The notes below the pieces were generated by a model, which made no database searches, was not told the DNA's origin, and was given only the letters and a program-made list of their open reading frames with translations. 64,000 nt of DNA from Flaccisagitta enflata (Eukaryota), in NCBI GenBank assembly GCA_965153355.1, contig OZ231126.1:5642001-5706000 (forward strand), in the 5' to 3' direction. Each line of letters begins with the position of its first letter. Position 1 is the stretch's first letter. Both the position numbers and the translations under genes were made by a program. This document shows positions 14,372-26,904 of this stretch, piece after piece.

Positions 14372-17300
14372 CCTGTGCCTGCCTGCTTACACGCACACGA
14401 GGATACTGTGATTCCTTGTGACTTGACGTTTCCTCCGTTTATTCTGTGTGAACAAATTACTGCTTCAATGAATGAATGAATAAATGAATGAATGAATGAA
14501 TAAATGATTGGATGAATGAATGAATTACCTAATATCCGTATGAATTGATGAAGCCTGATGCTATCGTAAAGGAAACGCGCTTAAGCTCAACTTATTATTT
14601 TCTCATTGAATGAATTGATGAATGAATCATAAATTGATGACTAAATGAATTGATGAATGTATGAATGAATGAATGAATGAACATATCTTTAAGTTTGATT
14701 AACAAATGAAATATTAGTAGTACGAATTTAGTACAATACCCGATATGGTCTTCTTCAGTACAGACATTTATGCCATTGCGAAAGATATGGTGACAAAATG
14801 GATTCATCAATGAATAAGTAATATAAAAAATAAATAGATAAATTAAACAACAGGAACAATTATAAAAAACATGTGAATTATATCATGATACCATATCATT
14901 CTGACACTGAATCAAAAATAATGAAATTGCTGGAGAAAATTAAAGAATTTTTAAGAAATTCCCCAGGTATACTAAAAGAAGTTCTTTTATTAATTATTAT
15001 TAATATAAGTTATAAAGATAGATATTTTGCATTAATTTTTTTTGAAAAGTGATCAGTATGCATTACTTAATAATAGTAAAAAACTTAATGACCATAAATA
15101 AATGATTCATTTTTTGACCTTTGTGAATGGAATCTGCATGGTGGATCTTGCTCTGTGTCTTAAAACATTTTCTCTCAATGACACGATATAAACCACCGCC
15201 ATCCCATCCTTCCTTAGCTATCGCGCCCCCCCCTCACCCCCACGTCCTATCTTACAACCCCCATTTTCTCCACACGATCATATCCTCGTTCTTGATTTTA
15301 TTTCTACTTTAAACGTTTCAAGTCGTCCTTACGACGTAACGTCATTACCACCTGTCCCCATTCGGTTATCTTCTCCCGTCCCCTTACTTGAGTCTGTGCG
15401 TGTTTGTCTTTGTATCCATGTCTTTCTTTCCTCTTTTCCCCTTTTGCTGTGAATATCTTTCCTCTTTCTCCCTTTTGTTGTAATTATCTTTCCTCTTCCT
15501 CTTTTTTGTTGTGATTGTCTTTCCTCTTCCTCCCTTTTGTTGTGATTGTCTTTCCTCTTTCTCCCTTTTGTTGTGATTGTCTTTCCTCTTCCTCTCTTTT
15601 GTTGTGATTGTCTTTCCTCTTCCTCTCTTTTGTTGTGATTGTCTTTCCTCTTCCTCTCTTTTGTTGTGATTGTCTTTCCTCTTCCTCTCTTTTGTTGTGA
15701 TTCTTTCCTCTTCCTTTCTTTTGTTGTGATTGTCTTTCCTCATCCTCTCTGTTGTTGTGATTGTCTTGCCTCTTTTGTTGTAATTGTCTTTCCTCTTCCT
15801 CTCTCTTGTTGTGATTGTCTTTCCTCTTTTGTTGTGATTGTCTTTCCTCTTTTTAGGTGCGCCATAGCACCTCTATAAGAGGCTCTGTCTGTCGGTTGGT
15901 TGGTTGGTTGGTCGGTCGGTCGGTCGGTCACGTAACGCTCGAGTTGAAAATCTCTGAAAAAGGCGAAAATGATCGAAAATGATTTGGAAAAAACGCTAGA
16001 GCCATTTCCTCATGACTGTCATTCATTCATTCATTCATTCATTTATTCATTCATTCATTCATTCATTTATTCATTCATTCATTCATTCATTCATTCATCA
16101 TATTTTTCTACGGTTAAGTCACTTAAAAATTCATATTTTTCATAGATCATGTTACTTGTCATTCATTCACTCCTTCATTTATTCATTCATTCATTCATTC
16201 ATTCCTTCATTCATTTCATTCATCATATTTTTCTACGGTTAAGCCACTTCAAAACTCATCTTTTTCATACATCATGTTACTTATCATTCATTCATTCATT
16301 CATTCATTCATTCATTCATTCATATTCATTCATTCATTCATTCACATTCATTCATTCATATTTATTCATTCATATTCATTCATTCATATTCATTCATTCT
16401 TTCATATTCATTCATTCATATTCTTTCATTCATATTCATTCATTCATATTCTTTCATTCATATTCATATTCACATTCATCCATTCATTCATATTCACATT
16501 CATTCAATTTCATATTCATTCATATTCATATTCATTCATATTCATATTCATATTCATTCATATTCATATTCATTCATATTCATATTCATTCATTTATATT
16601 CATTCATTCATTTATATTCATTCCTTCATTTGTATTCATTCATTCATTCATTCATTCATTTTTATTCATTCATTTATATTCATATTCATATTCATTCATA
16701 TTCATTTATTCATATTCATTCATTCATATTCATATTCATTCATTTAGGGATTCGGGAAAGGTCTGATAGAGCTCGGGAAAGGTCTAATAGAGCTCGGGAA
16801 ACGTCTGATAGAGCTCGGGATAGGTCTGATAGAGCTAGGAATGGTCTGATGGAGCTAGGGATAGGTCTGATGGAGCTAGAGATAGCTATGGATTAATTAC
16901 GCCTGGCGGGATAGGTCTGATAGAGCTAGAAATGGTCTGATAGAGCTAGGGATAGGTCTGATGGAGCCAGGGATAGCTATGAATTAATAACGCTCGGCGC
17001 ACCGTCTTGGCCCGTGTATCCGGCCTTGTTCTCTTGTGATTGTCTTTCCTCTTTCTCCCTTTTGTTGTTATTGTCTTTCCTCTTTCCCCCTTTTGTTGTA
17101 ATTGTCTTTCCTCTTTCCCCCTTTAGTTGTGATTTTCGCCTCATTTTGAATTTTTCCTCCATTTTGCTCAGAATCTCCAACTTTGGCTTGGGCAGCGAGC
17201 GCGACTGGGCCCACTTCTAAAGGTGAGAATGTTAGTTGGTTTTGTTTTCTTTCTCTTCAAAAGATTTGACTGTTTGAGCAATCCGTCTGCTTATTGTGGA

Positions 17301-18892
17301 TTGACTACAAGAAATACAGATCAGAAGCAGTTCCTTCATCAATAATTTCGTTCCGGTCATTGCCATTGGGAAGCTATTCAAACAATCAAACATCAGTCCA
17401 ATGAGTCCGTATGTTATTCCTTCAATTCATTCATCATTTTAGTCATTCATCATTTTAGTCATTCATCATTTTCGTCATTCATCATTTTAGTCATTCATCA
17501 TTTTAGCCATTCATCATTTTAGTCACCCGCCCTTTTTTCTTGTTATCAGTTGTTCCCGCCGTGACGCCGAAACCATCCAAAGCTTCCGTTTCCTCCTCGC
17601 CGGTTTTCTCCGCCGCCGACAAATCAAAAACATCTTCGGCGGCGTCGGCAAAACGCGGCGCCGACACGGCCAAACGCGGCGCCGCCTACGCCGACGACGA
17701 CGACGCTGCATTTCCGGCACCTAATTGGGTCTCCGTCTCGGCAACTGGCTCCGGATCCAAAGGCGCTGGTAAGCTAGAGCTTTCTATTGAGAAAGAGGAG
17801 ACTTTTTCTTCCTAAGTGATGAGTGGATTTGAAAAAAAGATGGATATGAAAGGGAAAAACAGAAACGAAAATGGTCATTGTATATGATAATGATCCAAGG
17901 CTAAGTAGGCGCCAATAAGGTGCGACGTGTGGATCGTCAAACGAATGCGCAACCAACTGACCAACCAACCGACCAACGGACACAGCCAGTCATAGAGGTG
18001 CTTTGTGGCGTCTAGAAAGGGCATCCTTAGAGGGGATTGAAAATGAGCTAAGGGACGTGAAAATGAGCTAAGGGGAATAAAAAGGGGCAAAGAGGGGAAT
18101 AAAAATAGTCGCAAAAGCGTTTGATGGTCAGCGGTACCCGTGCCCTGCTTTAGTAGGTTGTGGTTAAAGTTGAGGGGGGAGCAGGGCAGCGGCCCCGAAG
18201 GGGTCGATGTCCTATGCTTTCACACACATGGGGAATTTTGTCCTCATCCTCCTCCTCCTCCTCCGCACCCCCTCTCCCCCCAGCCTCCACGCCCATATCT
18301 CAGCCTTGAGGCCCATTTCCTAGCCTTGAGGCCCAAATCCCAAGAGACTGGAATCTGGGCCTTGGGGTTGGGATTTGGGCCTTGAGGGTGTGATTTGGAC
18401 CTTAAGACTGCGATTTGGGCCTAGAGGCTGGGATATGGGCCTTCAGACTGACATACGTGCCTGGAGGCTGGGGGGAGGGGGGTACGAAGAAGGAGAAGGA
18501 GGAGGAGGAGATAACTCCCCATATGTGTGAAAGCATAGGTCATCGACCCATTCAGGGCCGCTGCCCAAAAAGCACGGAGAGGAACCTCGGCCATTGGCCA
18601 TTAACCTTACGAACGAGGCTACATGGGTCGTGGATGATATTTAATTTTAAAGTTACTCTATCAGCTGGACTTCGCAACTAAATCAGCCTTTTTTAACATT
18701 TCACCCAAGTACCGAACCTCCTTTTCTTCCCACAGGCAAATCTATGAACGTTCCCTTGCGCGAGTCTGCCTCTCCCGCTCTCCACTCGACCACCGTTAAG
18801 CTCATCCAGAAGGTTTCTCCAGATTCGAGTCCGCGGCCGGCACCAACCTCAAACGCGCCCAATATCAAAGCCGAAAGGGATTTCCCTTCCCT

Positions 18893-18923
<31 letters not shown>

Positions 18924-18945
18924 AAACAACAATGGCGGCTTCCCT

Positions 18946-18989
<44 letters not shown>

Positions 18990-21900
18990 AACAACAATGG
19001 GGCAAGAATGCGGCATCGCCGGCCGGGGCAGCAGCAGCCGGCGTCGCGTCTCTCAATGATGTGGCGTCCATGTTCGCCGCCAAAGCGAAAAAGGCGGACA
19101 AAAGTAACAACGCCAAAGAAATGGCTAAAGAAAACAAAAACTCGAATCAAACCAAGACGAAAGCCGGCAACGCCAACCAACCAGCGAAAGAGAAAGAAAA
19201 TCAATCCAACAACGCCAACAGTAAAAACAACAACAGCAACAGCAGCAAAAACAACAACAGCAACAACGTCGGCGCCGATTTGGTGAAAGAGCAAAAAAAG
19301 GAAAATGGCAAAAAAACTACGGAAATGGAAAAGAAGAACGAAAGTGGCAAGAAAAACGCGGAAGCCAATGAGAAAAAGAAGGCGGACAAAAACAATAACA
19401 ACAACAATAAAGATGGAGGTGGAACAACAACAACAACAACAGCAGCTGCCGCTGTGAGTCTGAAAGAAATGGAGAAAAACGCAAAGAATAAGGAAAGTTC
19501 CAAAAGTGGAAGTGGGGGTAAAAATGTCGCGACCCCAAACGAAGACTCGACGAAAAAGACGACGACGACGACGACGACGGCGGCGACGACGACGACGACG
19601 ACGGCGGCGGCGAAACAAACTGGGGACAAACGAGATTCCAGCGAGAAAAAGGACGAAAGCAGCGGCGGAAAACAACGAAAGGACAAATCGGAGAAAAAGG
19701 ACAAGAAAGAACAGAAGAAAACTATCAACTCGAAAGAAGAAGATTCTGTTTTCGATTTTTCCATCAAGACCGACGAAAATGCTTCAGCATCATCATCGTC
19801 GTCTTCATCCTCTGCTTCATTGATGGTCTCAACTCCCTCCAACGGCAATAAATCGGGAAAGAGCGTCTTGACGCCGACGCCATCTGCGCTCTCGACGTCA
19901 ACAACGACGCCGGTTGTCGTCACCAAACCCACGGGTGATATCTTCCATAAGGCGCCGACGATAAACGAAGCCGCTTTTCCGGCGTTGCAGTCCAAATCTA
20001 AGAAGACAGGTGGCGTTTCTGGTGGCGTTTCCGGCGCCAAGATGAATGGCACTCCCGTAGGCGCTAGCGTCAAATCGAGTGGATCCTCATCAAGCGGCGC
20101 GTCGGACAAGAAGAATGCCACCGACGTAGCCAACGACTTTATGGATTGGTGGGACGTCGATTCACATAAACCCAAACAGGTTCTAACTCTATTTTTGTCC
20201 GCGACGGAATATCATTCCGACGCGGACTATAATTCAAGGCGGGTGGGTGTCGTCGTCGTCGTCGTCGTTGTCGTCGTTGTTGTCGTAACGGATTTTAAAA
20301 AATGGATAACTTTTTTATGCTTTGACCGATTTGGTTCATATTTGGTGGGAAGTTGTGCTAGGGTAAGGCGCTTTACATCCTATCCGATTTTTGTGATCCG
20401 ACCAACCCAACCGGCCCAATCAGCCTACCGGCCTAAAAGTGAAAAACGTGCATAACTTTGGCATTTTTCAACCGATTTGGCTGAAATTTGGTATGGAGTC
20501 TCTAAATGGAAGGCCTCAACATATGTATATGATTTATATGCATTTGAGCATGCTAACCGGCCAAACCGACCTACCACCCAACCAGCCAACCGGCCTTAAA
20601 GTGAAAAACTTGCGTAACTTTGTCATTTTTCAACTGATTTGGTTGAAACTTGGTATGGAGTCTCTAAATGGAAGGACTCAGCATATGCAAACTATTTATC
20701 CTGTTAAACCAGCCTACCACCCAACCAGCCTACTGGCCTAAAAGTGAAAAACGTGCATAACTTTGGCATTTTTCAACCGATTTGGCTGAAATTTGGTATG
20801 GAGTCTCTAAATGGAAGGCCTCAACATATGTATATGATTTATATGCATTTGAGCATGCTAACCGGCCAAACCGACCTACCACCCAACCAGCCAACCGGCC
20901 TTAAAGTGAAAAACTTGCGTAACTTTGTCATTTTTCAACTGATTTGGTTGAAACTTGGTATGGAGTCTCTAAATGGAAGGACTCAGCATATGCAAACTAT
21001 TTATCCTGTTAAACCAGCCTACCACCCAACCACCCTACTAGCCTAAAAGTGAAAAATGTGCATAACTTTGTCATTTTTCAACGGATTTGCATGAAACTTT
21101 GTATGGTGGCTCTAAATGTAAATACTTATAGTTTTAGCAAACTTACAGGGTTAGCGATCTTTCGGTCATAGCGATCTTACGGAATTGGTGATCTTTAACC
21201 CCCTTCCGTCGCGGACCCAGATACTGTTCAGATTTTTGACTGAAACTTTAATTTCGCCGGATTGATTTAGAGATCTATTCATCTCGGTATTCTATTTTAG
21301 ATGCACTAACCTGAGTAAGAGTATTCATGTCGGAGTATTTCTACAAGGCGGTGAACAATGAAAGTGATTTACCCTGAAATCAAAAGCAACTGATACCAGC
21401 AAAACCTTTATTGTGCCTAAAGTATTCACTTTTAGAAACTCGGATTGGTTTTGTCTAACAGCATATAATCTACCATTTATTCATGCAAAATTTCAAAGCA
21501 GTGGCTCTAGCGGTTTAGCTTCCACGTGGTTTTGAGTAAAAATGTGAATTACCTCATGTAAGGTTTTTGAAAATATTGACAAACTGACCTGGGTAGTTTT
21601 AAATGAATATCATATCTTCACATATCAATCAAAAATGGCCAGATTGGTCTTAAAAGTAAGATATTAATCTCACTTTATGCATTTCAAAAAAAAATTGGCT
21701 AGACACTGAAATTTATTTGACAATTTTGATTTTTTCCTCAGATTTTTTTTGGTAGAGCAGGTTTTGTGTCACCTCACTGGTCATTGACGACCTAGATCTC
21801 CATAGAAACGGCAAAAAATGAAAAATCATGCAAAAGAAGGGTCAACTTCCTCCAGATTATGAACAATCTGATGGTTTCTTGTCATCTTTGGGAAAATTAC

Positions 21901-24786
21901 AACAAAATATTCAGTGAACTAGCTTAAAAACGCGATTTTTGGGTAAAAATTCGAGAATTTTGATCAAATTTCCAAATCAGGTGGAAGCTAAACCCCTAAA
22001 GCCAGTGCTTTGAAATTTTGCATGAACAAATGGTAGGTTATGTGCTTTCAGACAGAACCAGTCGGAATTTCTCAATCTGAATACTTTAGCCACCATACAG
22101 GTTTTGCTGGTATCACTTGCTTTTGATTGCAGGGTACCAAGTTAGTGACTGACAGACTTAGTCACTCTTTTGTTCACGACTTCACGTTACTCGCGGCAAC
22201 ATTATCCATTGTTCGTTGTTCATGTTGGGTGTTGACAGAGGAAAATGATATGGGATGAGTTCCCCTCCTTGTCGATTGCTGACGTTAATGGCTGAAATCT
22301 GCACCGGTTATCGTAACTTTATCCCTTTTCCGCAGGAATCCAAGCCAAATGCGCCGAGCGGCGTTGATAAGGGCGTCTCGTTATCGTTACAATCCACGTC
22401 GGATTTTCCATCGTTTCATTCGACGGTGAAACCTACTCAACAACCAATCCTCAACTCCAAACCAGCGAAAAACAACCAATCGCAACAACAACAACAACAG
22501 CAAAAACAACCACAAAAGAAGGTGCCCGGCGATGACAGTGACGTTTCTTCAAAACCTAGTCCACGAGATTCGAAACCCTCCTCCTCCTCCTCCTCCTCCT
22601 CCTCCTCCTCCTCCGCTTCATCTAGTCAACTCTCTTTGGCGTCTCTTCTGACGAGCATGTCCACATCGGCGGATTACATCGCATCTCCTAAGACGCCTTC
22701 CACGACGTCGGCGGCGGCATCGACGCCAAACACCGCGTCAACGACGACATCGACGACGAAAAAAGCTCCGCCTCCGGGATTCCAGTTGGCGAAAAACAGT
22801 CCCATTGTTGCGTCGTCGTCTTCCTCTGCGGCGTCTCCCGCTCTCGTTGTTCGGAAGCCGCCTCCGGGATTCGAATCATCGTCGCCGTTGACGAACAATT
22901 CCAGAGAGAACACGCCGCCTTTGCCTCGTCGATCGGTGAAGCCTCCTCCGGGATTGGCGCCTCCATCGTCGTCCACCGGAAGTGCCTACAACGTTGGAGA
23001 AGCTTCGTGGGTCGATTTGGACGCCGGCGATGGTTGGTCCAACTCCTCGACGACGCCAACGGCGACGGCTAAGAGTCATGGCGGCGGCGCCATCAAAGCA
23101 GGTTTTCCAGGATCGGAAGAGTACATCGACGATGGAATGCTCAGTGTGATGGATCTAAAACGCAACATATAATGTACCATGTTGAGAAACAAGCCTGACC
23201 GGCCAAAGATTCGTCCTGACTATGTCCTTGCGTAATGACTTTGGCGATAGACGTGTAAGATATATGGAAGGACAGACAGAAGGATGGACAGACAGATAAA
23301 ACGACCTCAAAGCGTGTTTGATTTGATGCGTAACATCGCCGCGGCTGGAAAGTGCCTATAACTTTGATTTTACGGAAGCTTAATGGACGGACGGACGGGA
23401 CGGACGGGACGGATGGACAGAACCTCTTATAGAGATGCACTCCAGACGGACGCATCAAAAAATGCCAAAAAGTTACGCTTCTAATTTATGATTGTCATGA
23501 TCATCATTATTTGTAGTCTACTGTATTAGCCTTCCGACAGGTGTTTTCGGTAGCATTATGATATCTATAATCTAACTTTTCAAGTTATAATCTTATTCTC
23601 TTTTCCAGACTATCGTAACACTGAGCACGTTGATTTCGCGCGGATCGTAGACCCCTGTCAGTATTATGTTACTTATCGCCTAATTTATCAAGTCATTGTT
23701 ATAATCTTATCCTCTTCTTTTCCAGACTATCGCTACACGGAGCCCGTAGATTTCGCTGGTCGTAATGGCCGGTTGTTGGCCGACGTTGACTCTACTCTGC
23801 CTCCTTCAGCCAAATCAGAATTCATCGAGTTGTCGTCGTCGTTTCGTTCCGGCGCTCTCGCAGCTCCAGACTACTTCCGCAAAGCTTCGGCGCTCATCAA
23901 CGCTGCCGGAGGACACGCCGCCACCATTCGGTAAGTTGTACCTCATCAGTCTTTAAGTATGACATTGTTTATAAATGGTGTATACTGAATGTGTCTGTCA
24001 CGCATTATGAGAGGGGTGTGGAAGCGCATGAACGGAGTTGGGTGGATGATTATTTGGGTAAGGTCAATAGAATCTTTTTCAAATAATATACCAGAACTTT
24101 GAGCCTGACAACAGAATAAAATTGTCTATTTTAGCATCATTTTATGATGCCAAGCTGGACGTTGAAATAATTACTGTTCCCCTTTTAGGCTTTGAAATAA
24201 TTACAGGTCTCCTGTTAGGCGAATTTATCTGCATCTACTTGAAACATGTTTTGCAGGATATTTGGTGAGTTGATCGCGTTGTTGCCGGACATCGGCATGC
24301 AAATGGACTTGTACGCGGCGTTGCAACGTTACATGCCACCCGGATATTGGGGCAAAACCGGACTCAAGACTTGCCCCACTTGCGGACAGGTGAGACTAGC
24401 AGTGTTTGTTTACCCCTGTTCAGTCTTTTTGTCTGTCTGTCTGTCTGTCTGTCTATGATCAAAGCAAAAATAAGCTTCCTCTGTTTAAATTCTCATGGCA
24501 ATATGATGATATCGCGATTACGCTCTCGGAGCTGATTAAATTTCCATCCGTCCTCAGGAAAAGAAAGGAGTTTTTACCTTTGGGACAAACATAAACATTA
24601 AACAATCCTAACTGGTCATATCAAATTCCCATCAATTCATCTTTTCCTTTAATAAAGGTTCTAAACGCGTCTTTGGATTTGATTCCTCACGTGGCCGGAC
24701 ACAATATTACCTCCGTCTTGAAAAGCACCGGGAATGATATAGAATCCAACTTTCCATCGCTCAAGTCTACGATTGGAATTCGCTGA
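10958..24786 (+). CDS. ZNF598: ZNF598/Hel2-like ribosome-quality-control protein, middle and C-terminal part; 5' end unresolved; one frameshift
   Basis: Phase-compatible exons 10958-11036, 11844-11948, 17550-17768, 18736-20179 (53-nt duplication shifts the frame), 22336-23101 (donor uncertain), 23726-23930, 24257-24389, 24658-24786 (TGA); about 1008 aa after removing the duplication. The C-terminus FAGRNGRLL..EFIELSSSFRSG..DYF..IFGELIALLPD..CPTCGQVL..H...H..NFPSL matches my recollection of the ZNF598 C-terminal domain; repeated FPxL and PPPGF motifs. Confidence 0.8.
11137..11335. repeat. 18-bp minisatellite (CATTCTCTCTTCCCCCCT)n
   Basis: About 10 units seen directly. Confidence 0.95.
15430..17135. 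repeat. ~31-bp minisatellite (TTGTTGTGATTGTCTTTCCTCTTCCTCTCTT)n split by a HINE (15850-17030)
   Basis: The same unit lies on both sides of the insert. Confidence 0.9.
15850..17030 (+). mobile_element. long HINE family A copy with expanded (ATTC)n and 21-bp GATAGAGCT repeats
   Basis: TTTTAGGTGC...GCACCT hairpin, (GGTY)n, 3' GGCGCACCGTCTTGGCCCGTGTATCCGGCCTTGTT; a shorter relative lies at ~55050-55352. Confidence 0.8.
17896..18016 (-). mobile_element. HINE family A copy (5808-type)
   Basis: CCAATAAGGTGCGACGTGTGGATCGTC and (ACC)-rich tract shared with 5808. Confidence 0.7.
18100..18571 (-). mobile_element. HINE-like family B copy
   Basis: GGGCAGCGGCCCCGAAGGGGTCGATGTCCTATGCTTTCACACA is inverted at ~18520-18566; internal 21-bp degenerate repeats. 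Confidence 0.8.
20192..21297 (+). mobile_element. HINE-like element carrying a 305-bp tandem repeat
   Basis: GTCCGCGACGGAA (20197) with adjacent inverted copy (20215), (GTC)n, about 2.3 copies of a 305-bp unit (~20432-21120), 3' TTCCGTCGCGGAC (21204-21216) and a terminal hairpin. Confidence 0.8.
21372..22134. mobile_element. foldback MITE, TA TSD (Tc1/mariner-type)
   Basis: TA|CCCTGAAATCAAAAGCAACTGATACCAGCAAAACC...GGTTTTGCTGGTATCACTTGCTTTTGATTGCAGGG|TA; arms about 170 bp. Confidence 0.85.
23187..23462 (-). mobile_element. diverged HINE family A copy
   Basis: AACAAGCC end, (GACA/GACG)n, GATGC...GCATC-AAAAAA hairpin. Confidence 0.6.
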
Positions 24787-25524
24787 GAATCTGCTTGTCA
24801 GAACATAACTATAACTCTTTAAAAGAAAACCTCAAATGCCTTAAAAAGATTTGATTTCGCTGATAGATCACTCAATCAATCAATGTGCCTATCTCTGATA
24901 ACAGACGACGACGCAGATGATGTCGACGATAAAATTGTGATTAACTCTGACGGGTTTTCAGTTACCAATACTCCTAGCTGTTAAGTCTGAAATGCAAATA
25001 CTTAAGAATAGATAGATTTTTGAATTAATTGCTGTTAAGCCCCGCAGTAATAGGACGCGACGTCTTTTGTCTGATATGGCACATGATTGATTCTAGCAAT
25101 TTCATTATCGCGTTGGCGCGCCCTCATTTGGGCCGTTTTCCATTACGAAGGATTCTGCTTCTCTAACTCGATCAGTTTATTGATTTTAGCTATTTTGTAA
25201 TATTTTGCATGAAGTTGGGGTTTTAAAGTGGGAAAGGGATTTCGTTTGGTGTAACACGGCAGCCGCTATTGAAACCTATGTAGCAACGCTAGATAAGATT
25301 GTTTCAGGATTATTCCTTCTATCCCTGTTGACCTAAAATAATGATTAGAAAAAAAAACTCGCAATAGTTAGATGCTCTTGGTATAATTGTATATTCTCCT
25401 TAATTCTTTTTCTACGGAGGTTAATTATTCAAAATTAAGAACAATTGAACTAGTTATTTTGCAAATACGATTGATTAAAAGATAGTGTTCGAGCAGCTTC
25501 AACAAGCCGTGAAAGTTTTGTGCA

Positions 25525-25730
25525 TTTGAGTGACATTCTGACTGCAGCAGCTGCTCTCTGCAGTGGCATTCTGACAGCGGCAGCTGCTCCCCGAGTCATA
25601 GCCGGCGTCGGTGTCGTCGCAGCTGCACTCCCAACGACGAGTCGCCTCCAACGCCTCCCACGCCGCCGCTGCTTGTAAGTGGCGTACGTTTAGCTCATCG
25701 CGTCTTCGCTACCACTGTTCTTGGTAAGAA
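25525..25730 (+). promoter_or_regulatory. candidate promoter and non-coding first exon of PIGF
   Basis: Three CAGCTG boxes (two in a 33-bp duplication), a CpG-rich stretch, then donors GTAAGT (25675) and GTAAGA (25724); an otherwise unpaired acceptor TTTATCCACAG (~31987) lies 40 nt before the PIGF ATG. Confidence 0.4.
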
Positions 25731-26904
25731 AGTGAGTTGTAACGATTGGGAACTTTGGACGTGTAGTAAAGCGTTTCGATGTGAGGCCTTTCGGGCGGCT
25801 CCGCTCCGTTGCTGACAAGTGAGATTGATTAATTCGAGATTGTATGTTTTGAGTTGAGAAGATCACTAGTTTAGTCTTTAATGATCAGATACAGTAAAGC
25901 TTCACCAGATGTACTTGTCAAGGAACCAAACGGAATTATGCCTGGAGTGAAGCTGCCAATATAGATATATACTGTAGTTAATAATTTGCTGGGTGATGTG
26001 CTGCTCATTCTCATTCGGTTTAACGAGTATAGTCAATTCTTGAAGCAAACCCCACCTGAATGCGCCTTGGTCGGGAGGTGGGCTACCCATTCTTCTGATT
26101 TGGTCCACTGGTTTAGTATCTGGGCCGAATCCTCCTGGGGCAGTCAAAGGGCGGAAGTCATTTACGCCCGCACCGCCCGTCGTACCGTCGAATTTCCTGT
26201 CATGTACGGAGACAGCTTTTGAAGACTTCAAATACATGAGCTTTCCATGAGCTTTCCATGACTACAAAGACTTGAGCTTCTGTGTCAGGTCTTTGTAGTC
26301 ATTGAAAAATGAGCTACAGTTAAGCTTCACTAGAAGGCATTTGAAGGGACCGACTCATTTTATGCCTTCAAGGCGGGATGCCTTATTGCCGAGCATGACT
26401 TTCTTTATGGTTTACCATGAAATTTGGTTCTATTCTATAGGTAGCACTTGTCAGATTGATCTAGCCATGCCATATAGTAGGAAAAATGTCATATTCACAC
26501 TATGTACTTACAAACAAAGAGTTAAAAGAAACATACTGACAAATGTAAAGTGTAACCTGCAGAATTTTACCAATATTGTGGCGTTAAGGCCTATTTCTTA
26601 CTTAACATAGATTACTTCGTGAATAATGACTCGTGGCTGTGGGCGGCATTCTTTCTCCCGATTTCATCGTTATTACAGTCCTCATCGTTATTTGCAGTCT
26701 TGTAAGTCGATGATTTCTGCATCCTGTTTTCATCTTGATCATCATCGTCATTGCGATGCGACGGAATCGAGATCTTTGCAATTGTCATCGAAACATGGGA
26801 ATCACCGATATCTTCTTCTCCTTCTGCCTCTTCTACTTCTTCTACTTCTACTTCTTTTTCTTTTTCTTTTTCTTTTTCTTTTTCTTTTTCTTCTTCTTTT
26901 TCTG

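Noticed and set aside
18701-20175. Two 324-aa minus-strand ORFs
   Set aside because: Antisense shadows of the low-complexity ZNF598-like exon.
20439-21046. Duplicated 100-aa ORFs
   Set aside because: By-product of the 305-bp repeat; non-ATG starts; no domain.
23102-23150. Non-canonical GA donor after EEYIDD
   Set aside because: Two canonical phase-1 GT donors (23102, 23144) explain the junction.
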